From contig JAACSN010000004.1 in assembly GCA_009993885.1 (NCBI GenBank), positions 59,106-123,105 on the forward strand: DNA of 64,000 bases, written 5' to 3'. Shown here one piece after another: positions 27,696 to 36,505 of this stretch (positions are counted from its first letter, which is position 1; each line of letters begins with the position of its first letter). The notes beneath the pieces are model-generated. The model did no database searches. It was not told the origin of the DNA and worked only from the letters and a program-made list of their open reading frames with translations. The stretch comes from Alphaproteobacteria bacterium (GTDB lineage Bacteria; Pseudomonadota; Alphaproteobacteria; Caedimonadales; UBA9215). A program made the position numbers and the translations under genes.

Positions 27696-28508
27696 CTATC
27701 CTTTTATCTTTCCGTCAACGGTATAATCCACCCGCGCTCGCACAATTTTACCTTGTTTGTATTCTGTTTCCGATCTCAACGCGCCATTGGGATAATAATC
27801 TCGATCCGTTCCCACTTTCAACCCGTCATCGTATTCTTCAATTCTTTGCAATGCCCCGTCGGGAAAAAAGATTTTCTGAAATCCATGTTTAATCCCTCGC
27901 ACATATTCACACGTTTTGACCAAATGTCCAAGCTTATCATAATGCTCTGCAACGCCTTGTGTTTCACCAAGAACCTTGGGGAATTTTGTAATAACATTTC
28001 CTTGGTTATCATATTCAATGCTCAATCCATGGGGTTGATTATCCTCATACATCGTCATAGAGGTAACCCGACCTCGCTCATAGGCTTCCACAACGCCATG
28101 CATCACATCGTTGCGATAAAACACTTTACGAGCCATTTCCCCTTTGACATTATATTCAATGGCAGGCCCGTCTTTTACATCATTAATATAAGTTGCCTTA
28201 AGGTAGATCACCCCCCCGAGATAAAACTCGCAAATCCCGTTGCGCATGCCGTTTTCAATGACAAGTATTTCTTGTAACGCCCCCGTATTCTCATCGAGAA
28301 TCTGATGCACACCGTCATCCAAGGGTCGTTCTGCCTCGGCCTTGCGCCGGGCATCTTCATCAGCAATGGCTTTATCAACCTGCGCCGTAATCAAAGCGGC
28401 AAGAGCAACGGCCGGAGGGACTTCAGGGAGCGTTTTTGACTCGGGAGCAGCTTCATCAGTCACTTCTTCTTCTTTAAAATTCATATCATGGGCTGATTTT
28501 TCAACCAT
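27696..28508 (-). CDS. MORN-variant (YwqK-like) repeat protein, encoded directly downstream of vgrG
   Basis: Start re-called to the ATG at 28508 (RBS AAGGTGA 5 nt upstream; MVEKSAHDMNF). It has at least 6 repeats of the type G.....Y...G.......Y..G..HG, for example DYYPNGALRSETEYKQGK. Confidence 0.7.
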   Translation of the reverse strand: MVEKSAHDMNFKEEEVTDEAAPESKTLPEVPPAVALAALITAQVDKAIADEDARRKAEAERPLDDGVHQILDENTGALQEILVIENGMRNGICEFYLGGVIYLKATYINDVKDGPAIEYNVKGEMARKVFYRNDVMHGVVEAYERGRVTSMTMYEDNQPHGLSIEYDNQGNVITKFPKVLGETQGVAEHYDKLGHLVKTCEYVRGIKHGFQKIFFPDGALQRIEEYDDGLKVGTDRDYYPNGALRSETEYKQGKIVRARVDYTVDGKIKG

Positions 28509-28521
28509 ATTTTTCACCTTG

Positions 28522-31275
28522 TTACGTAATAACTGTAAAACTGGAAACTGTGAATGTGGTTGCACTCGCCGTCACAGTCATGGAACCGCCGGAGGTTATC
28601 GTGTGACTGCCGCCGGAGGTTAAGCTAATGGAGCCGCCGGCCGTAACAGAAGTTGCCCCTCCCGAAGTCAAACTAACGGATGATCCTGCGGTTCCCGTTA
28701 TACTTGAGCCTGCCGTAACGGAAGTGCTTGAACCAGAAGTCGTGCTGATGCTTGAACCGGCTGTAACACTCGTACTACTTCCCGAGGTTGCGGTAATTTT
28801 TCCACCCGCCGTCATAGAAATGTCACCGCCCGCTTTCACACTAATATTACTGGCAGCCGTTACATTAATATTTGCCCCGGATTTAACATTTATGTCATTT
28901 GCGGCCGTTACATTAATATTATCTTTACCCACAATGTTAATGTTACCCGTTACTGTTAGATTATAAGTCTCGGTATAAGTTCCGTAATAATGTCCCGTTA
29001 CATCTTCCGTTTGGTTTCCCGCTTCAAGGGTCAGGGTTGAATTTCCCGATTGAAGGGTTATAATACGATTACCCAAATCAATCATAAGGCGTTGATTTCC
29101 CTTTTTCAAACGGGTAACTTCATTTCCTTGATCGATCAAAGTTCCCTTATTACCGAGATCAATTTTAAGCTTTTTATTGCCCGTCTCGATACACATAAGA
29201 TGATTGCCCGTATGAATATACGTTTTATCATCTCCGGTAATAATTTCATGGGTATTGTCACCTGTTGCAATAACCGTATGACGGTTTCCTTTGATGATTT
29301 TATGGAAATCATTTCCTTCTTTAAGGACAACTTCACGGTTTCCTTTAATGATGGTTTTGCGATCGTTACCCTCTTTAAAAACTCGGGACATCGTTCCCTT
29401 ATCGTGCTGGTATTCCGTTAGTCCTTCTTTGATATAAGTCGTGTCCCGAATGGGTCCGTTACCGCTCATAAAAGAGGTATAGCGACTTCCGGTTGAAAGC
29501 TCTAAGATATCGTCTCCGGCACCGGCGGGAAGATCTTGCCCCTTTGGCGTGGTTTTAGGCACCGCAGAGCCGCCGCCTTTCAAAAGGACGTTACGGTCTC
29601 CATGGTCAAGCACAAGCCACTTAGACCCTTTTTCAATATGCTTTGTTTCCGTTTCAATTGTGTAGCTGTCATCATCTTTTTCAGCCCGTTTATAAACTTG
29701 TTCTTCACCGGTTTTATCCTCAAAACGGTGTTCGTTGAACTTTTCGGGTCCCGCAGGAAAAATACTGGATTTTGTTTTAAAACCGCTTTTTGTCGGTGTG
29801 AATTCACCGGTCACGCGTTCCGGCAAATAAGGAGGCATATTATCCGAGTTATATAAACTTCCTGTAACCACGGGACGGCTCGGGTCACCGTCAAGAAAGT
29901 TCACCATCACTTCCATACCGATGCGAGGCGTAAAAAGCACACCCCAGTTATTACCGCCCCAGCCTTGTTGCACGCGAATCCAACAGGAACTCGTATCATC
30001 ATTAGGCCATTGACGATCCCATTTGAATTGTACTTTGATACGGCCGTATTCATCGGTCCAAATTTCCTCACCAACCGGGCCGGTTACAATAGCCGATTGG
30101 ATACTCTCAATTTTCGGACGCGGGGTTTTTCGAGGCGGGCGATAAATAACGCTATCCTCAAAAGCCTTAAAACTATTGCGGTATAAATAGCTCCGTTCTC
30201 GAATATCCCTGTCTTCATGGAGATCCGGTTCCACGCCGCTTTGCACTTCATGGGTGATACGATGAATCACATACTTTTTACCCATCATGTCGGCGCGATG
30301 GTGTTTGGCCAGCAAAAAACTGCCCCCGTTTGTCAGATAAGGCGCAATGGATTCGCCCGTTATATATTTTTGCAAGGCTTGTGCTTCTTCAAGACGCAGT
30401 TTTATTAAAGCCTCTAAGCGTCCTTGAGCAGGAATGTCTTCATGATCGACCTGCCCCGGATATTCATATAAATCCCCCTTCAACGTTTCTTGGACAGGGC
30501 CGGCCATATCCATAGAATACAACTTCATGCTCGCCGTCTTCATATTATAATCGTTGGCTGCATGGGATAAAGAAGCAACACGTTCGCTAAAATCACATTG
30601 ATAAAGGGTATTTAAAAAAGCCTTGTCGGGAGAAGAATCCGTATAGCTTAATTGCTCACTACCGACGCAAGGTTGAAAAGCCGTCGGAGCATCTGCCAGA
30701 ATCAGGGTATGTTTTCCCTGTTCATGTTTGAAAAAATAAAAGACGCCTTCCTCTTCCATTAAACGACACACAAACTCAAAATGTGTTTCATTATACTGCA
30801 CGCAGTATTCCCTTATAACCTGACCGCAGGTTGTGGTTTGAAACAAAACATCCGTCACACCGTGTTCCGTTAGAACCGTTTTAATAATATCCAAGGGTTT
30901 TTCATTTTGGAAAATACGACAATCGCTAGAAAGCGTTAAGAGCCAAAGTTTCGGGTAAACCTTTAATTCATACCATGTAACTTCATTCGCATTGGGGTCT
31001 GAAGTTGCATACTGCATAAAATGCCCGACGATCCCGTGGAAATAGCGGTCTCCGTCCTGAAGCTTTATGGCAAAGGTGACTTCTTTTCCGACAATACTGT
31101 CAAAGCTAATATCAGGCGAGGGTGAAGCCACATGAGCCTCGATCACAAACAGTTCGTCAATACCTTCGTGAACCTTCATACGCCGCATATTTAATAAATC
31201 GGGATCCCCCAAAGGATGATCAATGGTTATTGTTGCCTCAAACTGTGTTAGCTGTGTTCCTCTTATGCTTGACAT
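28522..31275 (-). CDS. vgrG: Type VI secretion spike protein VgrG
   Basis: VGEEIWTDEYGRIKVQFKWDR; SCWIRVQQGWGGNNWGVLFTPRIGMEVMVNFLDGDPSRPVVTGSLYN; NEHRFEDKTGEEQVY. The C-terminus has a long beta-helix repeat region. Confidence 0.92.
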   Translation of the reverse strand: MSSIRGTQLTQFEATITIDHPLGDPDLLNMRRMKVHEGIDELFVIEAHVASPSPDISFDSIVGKEVTFAIKLQDGDRYFHGIVGHFMQYATSDPNANEVTWYELKVYPKLWLLTLSSDCRIFQNEKPLDIIKTVLTEHGVTDVLFQTTTCGQVIREYCVQYNETHFEFVCRLMEEEGVFYFFKHEQGKHTLILADAPTAFQPCVGSEQLSYTDSSPDKAFLNTLYQCDFSERVASLSHAANDYNMKTASMKLYSMDMAGPVQETLKGDLYEYPGQVDHEDIPAQGRLEALIKLRLEEAQALQKYITGESIAPYLTNGGSFLLAKHHRADMMGKKYVIHRITHEVQSGVEPDLHEDRDIRERSYLYRNSFKAFEDSVIYRPPRKTPRPKIESIQSAIVTGPVGEEIWTDEYGRIKVQFKWDRQWPNDDTSSCWIRVQQGWGGNNWGVLFTPRIGMEVMVNFLDGDPSRPVVTGSLYNSDNMPPYLPERVTGEFTPTKSGFKTKSSIFPAGPEKFNEHRFEDKTGEEQVYKRAEKDDDSYTIETETKHIEKGSKWLVLDHGDRNVLLKGGGSAVPKTTPKGQDLPAGAGDDILELSTGSRYTSFMSGNGPIRDTTYIKEGLTEYQHDKGTMSRVFKEGNDRKTIIKGNREVVLKEGNDFHKIIKGNRHTVIATGDNTHEIITGDDKTYIHTGNHLMCIETGNKKLKIDLGNKGTLIDQGNEVTRLKKGNQRLMIDLGNRIITLQSGNSTLTLEAGNQTEDVTGHYYGTYTETYNLTVTGNINIVGKDNINVTAANDINVKSGANINVTAASNISVKAGGDISMTAGGKITATSGSSTSVTAGSSISTTSGSSTSVTAGSSITGTAGSSVSLTSGGATSVTAGGSISLTSGGSHTITSGGSMTVTASATTFTVSSFTVIT

Positions 31276-31277
31276 TG

Positions 31278-32480
31278 TTAAAAAGCAACCTCCAATTCAT
31301 AATGAGTTCCAGCAAAGGATCCCCCGTTAAACTCGCTAAATCCGCTATTTTTAGCAGGCTTTTTAAATTTAATTTTGATCCCCCGCATGAAAGATTCACG
31401 CAGTTCTTTAAATCTTTTACTATACTCTCGGTCTAATTGAGTAAGGCGTATGTACTGCCCTTCTCTTTTTACAAGGGGGTTAAGCCCGCGAAATTCCGGT
31501 TTATAAATCTCATCAAAATCCGCTCCGTCGACCACACTGTAAAAACGGAAGGGTTGACGACACTGTATTAATAATCCGTGAATCACCCTGTCCTTTATCT
31601 GCATAAGTTTTTGCAGCACGGCTTTATCCGTCCCAAAACGAATTTCTTTCACGGTTAAGACATCCAAATCAACGGCTCTCTTCATCGCAGCCGCAACCCA
31701 GCGATTCACAACATAATTTTGAGGAGCGCCCCAATACCGTTCCGTAAAATAAAGAGACAAAGCACCTAACTTTGCAGCAGACTTTTCCGTTACAAAAAAC
31801 CATTTTCCTTCCTCGAAACGCAAATCATCCATGATCCGCGCAATTTCCCTAAGGGTTAGTAATTTATAAGAATAGGCCAACCTTAGCGTCATTTCAATTT
31901 CAATGGCAGAGAGAAAAGGAGGGTTTTGGTAAAGAGCACCAAACTCCTTATTAAGGGGATCAACATCTTCGGCTGATATGTTGGCCTTCATTAACCAAGG
32001 CTCAAGTCCTACGGTTTTCAAATAAGCGCTATGAGCTGCTAAATAATAAGGTTTGTCGGAATTCTTAGGACGCAAAAAAAGCGTTCCTTGGTGAGAAAAA
32101 ACAGAATGTGCAACCGGCTCAAGCATGCCGGAAATTTGCTCTTTTAAAGGGCGTTTAAAACGCTTTAAAATCACGTAGACCCCCAAAGCATGATCAAACA
32201 AACTATAAGCCGGAAGAGATCTGAAATAGCGACTGGGTCCTGCATTATCTATAAAACGCATCCGTTTTATAGCGGGATGATTAATTAAGGCCTTAACCAA
32301 ATTATTATCCACGACGACATCCCCGTAAAGAGACGTAATTGTTGATTGCGTCTTATTTTCTTGAGGAGCGGTGGTTTTTACTTCCTGAACTGTAAAGATC
32401 AAAACGAAAAAGGTGCAAACAAAGCACCAAAAACCGCGATGTTTCTTTTCTGTGAGCCTGTGATTTTGCAAACGTAACAA
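31278..32480 (-). CDS. Membrane-anchored or secreted HD-fold (COG1078-like) protein with a degenerate catalytic dyad; TTG start
   Basis: The family signature P.IKRMRFIDNAG......SLFDHALGV is present, but the expected LLHD.GHGPFSH reads MLEPVAHSVFSH. Hydrophobic N-terminus GFWCFVCTFFVLIFTV. SD GGAAGAGG lies before the TTG. The stop is 2 nt before the vgrG ATG. Confidence 0.55.
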   Translation of the reverse strand: MLRLQNHRLTEKKHRGFWCFVCTFFVLIFTVQEVKTTAPQENKTQSTITSLYGDVVVDNNLVKALINHPAIKRMRFIDNAGPSRYFRSLPAYSLFDHALGVYVILKRFKRPLKEQISGMLEPVAHSVFSHQGTLFLRPKNSDKPYYLAAHSAYLKTVGLEPWLMKANISAEDVDPLNKEFGALYQNPPFLSAIEIEMTLRLAYSYKLLTLREIARIMDDLRFEEGKWFFVTEKSAAKLGALSLYFTERYWGAPQNYVVNRWVAAAMKRAVDLDVLTVKEIRFGTDKAVLQKLMQIKDRVIHGLLIQCRQPFRFYSVVDGADFDEIYKPEFRGLNPLVKREGQYIRLTQLDREYSKRFKELRESFMRGIKIKFKKPAKNSGFSEFNGGSFAGTHYELEVAF

Positions 32481-32786
32481 AGCAACCTCTTCCTGTGTTC
32501 TTTTACCGACTCACCCTTTAAAGTGCGACTCCTTGCCTATAGTGTGCCACAGGATTCCGAAATCACAAAAGCACAAAACGTTGATTTTTGAAAATAAAAC
32601 GAACAAATTGTCTTTCCCACAAATCAAAAGTCTTCTTACTTATCAATTGCTTGACAATAACTTCATATAATTTTAGACAATTACTTTTTATTATTAAGTG
32701 TTTTTAAATTGTAAATTCAATATTCATTAGCAGAAAACAATTAGCATCAAAATATAAGAAAAAGTAAACAGGAAGGGAATAGGAAA

Positions 32787-33089
32787 ATGAATAAAAAAAT
32801 GTTTGCAATATCGTTCGTTATTTTAGCGCTCGCAAGCGGTTCCGGTTTTGCCGATTATACAAAAAAAGAGCTCCCTACCCCCGAGAATACGGAAGAAAAA
32901 CCACCGCTTACACAACAACCGCTTACTTTACCCTTTAATAAATTATCAAATGAGATCGTTCATCGTTATGAAGCACGCCGCAAAATCATAGACGACAGCA
33001 AGACTTCGGAAAATGAACAAGAACGCCTTCAAGCCTCCAAAGAGCGCTTTAAAAAAGAAAAAACCTATCTTTTAAGCGGCAAGTTCTAG
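32787..33089 (+). CDS. Small secreted hypothetical protein
   Basis: Signal peptide MNKKMFAISFVILALASGSGFA. RBS GGAAGGGAATAGGA. Confidence 0.5.
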   Translation: MNKKMFAISFVILALASGSGFADYTKKELPTPENTEEKPPLTQQPLTLPFNKLSNEIVHRYEARRKIIDDSKTSENEQERLQASKERFKKEKTYLLSGKF

Positions 33090-33253
33090 GGATCAAAACA
33101 TCCCTCTTAAGTTTTTACAAAAAACTCATAAGGGTGTCCTGTGATGTAAGTGTTCATTCGCAACCGTTACATGCGAACACCGGCAACAAAGCCTATGTTG
33201 TATAGGTTAGAGCACAGCAATAATGTCCGAGTTTTTTTTAAATCGACTATATA

Positions 33254-33844
33254 GTGGAACTCATGGCACAGATCGTCTATAGTGCCCGAATGTTAGATTT
33301 TGATTGGCGTACCTTAGAACTTGAAAAGCGAGACACTCGCCCTTGTGACCATCTTGGCTGTGACCAAGAGGGATTGTTCCCCGCACCCAAAAATGTGCAC
33401 AACTTAGCGTCACGCTATTACTTTTGCCTCGAGCACGTTAAAGCCTATAACGATCAATGGAATTATATTGATCAAATTAGAAGCACGGGCAGCTCACCGG
33501 ATGAGGCCGATTGCCGACAGCACCATCCGTTCAAACGGCACGGTAAGCCCTTTTCACGTTTCTTTTACCAAGCCCCCAATGATCCTTTCGGCATGTTGGG
33601 CGATGATGAAGAAAACGGCCATACGCTGCCGCCGACTCAAAAAATTATTTCCCCTAAAACGAAAGAGGGCAAAGCCTTTGTTGCTCTGGAACTTTCTTGG
33701 CCGTTTACGGAGGCAGACCTTAAACAAGCTTACAAAACGTTAGCCAAGAAATATCATCCCGACCTCAATCAAGACGACCCCTCAGCCGTTGAGAAATTCA
33801 GAGAAGTCAAAGAATCCTACGAACTCCTTAAAATACTCCTTTAG
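33254..33844 (+). CDS. Conserved alphaproteobacterial J-domain protein (C-terminal DnaJ domain)
   Basis: R.C.H.GC...G..PAPK.......[14 protein letters not shown] at the N-terminus. J-domain [17 protein letters not shown] at the C-terminus. The start may be the ATG at 33263. Confidence 0.8.
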   Translation: MELMAQIVYSARMLDFDWRTLELEKRDTRPCDHLGCDQEGLFPAPKNVHNLASRYYFCLEHVKAYNDQWNYIDQIRSTGSSPDEADCRQHHPFKRHGKPFSRFFYQAPNDPFGMLGDDEENGHTLPPTQKIISPKTKEGKAFVALELSWPFTEADLKQAYKTLAKKYHPDLNQDDPSAVEKFREVKESYELLKILL

Positions 33845-33956
33845 AAAATTAAAAAATAAAGAAAAGATGCAACTAAATATGAATAATAAATTCATATTTT
33901 TTTAATTTATTGCGGTCAATGTTAAGAATACACATCACTTAAAAAGGAATGTAATC

Positions 33957-34328
33957 ATGAGACGCCGAATAACCTTTACCTTCTTAAGCATCGCAGCCCT
34001 TACTTTAGTTGTTCCGCCCCATGGCTATGCCAAACAACAGGCCTGTGCAGATTTCGAAAAACATTTTAAAAAGCTCGCCGACCTGGAAAAAGAGTTCTCC
34101 TCCCTCAAACGCCAAAAATTAGACATGGAAGGGTCAAGGGCTCTTATCAAAGAAGCAGGGACTGATTTGCTCGAGCTTCGCATTCCTTTAGTGGCCATGG
34201 ATCCTCCAAAAGAGCGTCCGAACCACCTTGAAAAATGTCGCAGCGCTTCGGAGGAATTCACCAAAGACCTTCCGGACGCCCAAAAATCCTTGGCGGAATT
34301 AAGGGCATTCGGCCCCATGTTAGGCTAA
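33957..34328 (+). CDS. Secreted hypothetical protein
   Basis: Signal peptide MRRRITFTFLSIAALTLVVPPHGYA. Preferred over the antisense ORF 34025-34318. Confidence 0.5.
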   Translation: MRRRITFTFLSIAALTLVVPPHGYAKQQACADFEKHFKKLADLEKEFSSLKRQKLDMEGSRALIKEAGTDLLELRIPLVAMDPPKERPNHLEKCRSASEEFTKDLPDAQKSLAELRAFGPMLG

Positions 34329-34718
34329 TTAAAAAAGTACCCCTAATACGGCTCTTATAAGCTTTAAACCCACAAAAAAACCAATAATGCTTAAAGAAAA
34401 AACAAGAACGGCAAATAAAGAAGCCATACCGTAATCATTTTTTTCCACAAAAAGAGCAAACTCTACGGAAAAGGCAGAAAAAGTCGTAAAACTCCCTAAA
34501 AATCCGGATACTAAAAAATAACGCATATTTTGTGACGCCGGCCAATAAAAAGCCATAAGCTCTGTCAAAAGACCCATCATAAAACAGCCGAAAATATTCA
34601 CAAATAAAACTTGAGCCGACATCCCCATAAAAAGAGACGGTAAGAATTTTCCAACGGCAACACGCATAACAGCGCCTGCCGCTCCCCCCAAAGCAATCAC
34701 ACTATAATTCATAATCAT
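34329..34718 (-). CDS. crcB: Fluoride ion channel CrcB
   Basis: GGAAGAV.R; GFLGSFTTFSAFS.E; four TM segments. Confidence 0.85.
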   Translation of the reverse strand: MIMNYSVIALGGAAGAVMRVAVGKFLPSLFMGMSAQVLFVNIFGCFMMGLLTELMAFYWPASQNMRYFLVSGFLGSFTTFSAFSVEFALFVEKNDYGMASLFAVLVFSLSIIGFFVGLKLIRAVLGVLF

Positions 34719-34751
34719 CTGAAATTCCTAATCTTTTCCCGATCAAAAAGT

Positions 34752-35594
34752 TTACAATATTTTTTGATAAAACCCTTGTGTATTTGCAAAAACTTTAAAT
34801 TGACTCGAAAGACTTAGAAGAGCATCTCCAAAGCCTAGAATTAAATAGCCGTGGGGCCTGAGTGATTTTTCAAAATTCTTAATAATTTTCTCTTGAAGGT
34901 CGGGCATCCGGTAACTTAATTGATTACGAAACACCACAACATCATAGGCTTCCTGAGGGGGTTCCGAATCATAAAAATTCGTATTTTGAAAGGTAATGAG
35001 TTCTCGTACCTCGCTTCGAACACTATAATCATCCCCATTCCTCTTTAGTCCCTGCCCGTAGAGCCCGAAAGTTACCTCATCAATCTGATCGGCGTCAAAG
35101 ACCGCTGTTTCGGCTTGTTCAAGAGTGCTATTACTTGTATCCGTTGCATGCACGTGAAGTTTCCACCCCCTAAGCTCTTTTCTATGGACATTAAGCAAAA
35201 GAGCCAAACTATAAGCTTCATAACCCTCTCCGCACCCGGGGACCCAAACAGATATTTTTTTACGGCTACTATTTTGGTTAATGAGTTGAGGTAAAAGAGT
35301 GTTTTCAAAAGCTTTGCACATACCGACGCTTCCCAAAAAAGTCGATTGCGGGCGCAACAAAAGAGATTCAATAGCCGCAATAGATTTTGTATTTCCTTTA
35401 ACGGCCTGCTGCAGGAGCTGATCTCCGCTTTCCAATCCCAATTTTAACGCTATTTTTTTAAGTCCGTTCAAATTTTCAATAATCATTTCTAAGGAGAGGC
35501 GTGCGTGTCGTTCCTTATGAAAAAAATCAACGCACTCTTCGGCAGGGCTCTTTTGTTTAACAAAAGAATTTTGTGTTTCTTGAGCTTGCGACAT
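34752..35594 (-). CDS. CheR-like SAM-dependent methyltransferase
   Basis: Start re-called to MSQAQETQ (the upstream part of the ORF is AT-rich and low-complexity). Motifs: SVWVPGCGEGYEAYSLALLL...; VVVFRNQLSY. Confidence 0.7.
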   Translation of the reverse strand: MSQAQETQNSFVKQKSPAEECVDFFHKERHARLSLEMIIENLNGLKKIALKLGLESGDQLLQQAVKGNTKSIAAIESLLLRPQSTFLGSVGMCKAFENTLLPQLINQNSSRKKISVWVPGCGEGYEAYSLALLLNVHRKELRGWKLHVHATDTSNSTLEQAETAVFDADQIDEVTFGLYGQGLKRNGDDYSVRSEVRELITFQNTNFYDSEPPQEAYDVVVFRNQLSYRMPDLQEKIIKNFEKSLRPHGYLILGFGDALLSLSSQFKVFANTQGFYQKIL

Positions 35595-35726
35595 CTCAAT
35601 CTTCCTGTTTATTGATATATAAAAGCATATATAATAAAAATATAATTTATTTATGATTAATAAAAAACAAAAACACTCGGAAATAAAACAACAAAACAGC
35701 AACACATTGTTTTTCCTCATAAAAAA

Positions 35727-35752
35727 ACCTCTCGCTATTTTGAGAGGTTTTT
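35727..35752. terminator. Bidirectional terminator-like hairpin
   Basis: aaaaaaacctctc-gctatttt-gagaggttttt. A second 11-bp-stem hairpin lies at about 35763-35793. Confidence 0.55.
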
Positions 35753-35825
35753 AGAAAAAGTTAGCGTAAAAACAATCAAAACGTTTTTACGCTTTCAAAC
35801 GCTACCGCTACAAAGGCCAAGTTTC

Positions 35826-36104
35826 TTAGTTGCCGTCCCCTGCGCCGCCCTTACCTATTTCGTCATAGGTTTCACGTTCCGTATTATCCGGATCGATGCT
35901 AACCGTATTAGGCTCTATTTCAGCGTCAGCCCCTCTTTCGACCTTTGCAAGACATTCGCTCATTTCCCGTTTACTCAAAGAAAAGTGCGCTTCACAATTA
36001 TTGCCCCAGTCCGGCTGACGAGATTCACAGCCTGCTATAAACAAAAGGGAGGCTACCGAGGCCACGGAGAGTGTAGACGAGAAGTTAAAAGTTATTCTTT
36101 TCAT
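35826..36104 (-). CDS. Small lipoprotein (hypothetical)
   Basis: The signal peptide ends in the lipobox LFIAGC. Confidence 0.55.
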   Translation of the reverse strand: MKRITFNFSSTLSVASVASLLFIAGCESRQPDWGNNCEAHFSLSKREMSECLAKVERGADAEIEPNTVSIDPDNTERETYDEIGKGGAGDGN

Positions 36105-36276
36105 GAGGATATCCCTATTTAGTGAACAATGTTATTCTCTAGCAGGATATGGATAGAAAGAAAAATTGTCAATGGACTTCCAAAGGCAAAAGCAGGATAA
36201 AGAGAAAGAAACACCAAAAGTAACAACGTCAAAAGGAACAAGGGCTGCAAACAGAAAAAAGGCGAAAGGCCGAGAT

Positions 36277-36353
36277 ATGGTAGCGAAGGAGGGACTCGAA
36301 CCCCCGACACGCGGATTATGATTCCGCTGCTCTAACCAACTGAGCTACTTCGC
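36277..36353 (-). tRNA. tRNA with CAU anticodon (elongator Met, or Ile2 if lysidine-modified)
   Basis: Reverse complement: GGCGAAGTAGCTCAGTTGGTTAGAGCA-GCGGA-ATCATAA-TCCGC...GGGGGTTCGAGTCCCTC-CTTCGCT-A-CCA. It lacks initiator features. Confidence 0.85.
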
Positions 36354-36505
36354 CAAAAGTGGATAGGGTAATAAATAACCTCCTCTTTTTACAAAGTCAA
36401 GTCTACAGTCTGCAAAAAACACATATTTCGTCAACAATAAATTAACGATAATTTAAACTATTAATGAAATACTAAAATAGTATAATAACACCGGAGTTCT
36501 TTCAA

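Noticed and set aside
28628-28966. 112-aa plus-strand ORF inside the vgrG 3' repeats
   Set aside because: It is the mirror of the Ser/Thr/Gly repeat codons of VgrG and has no independent signal.
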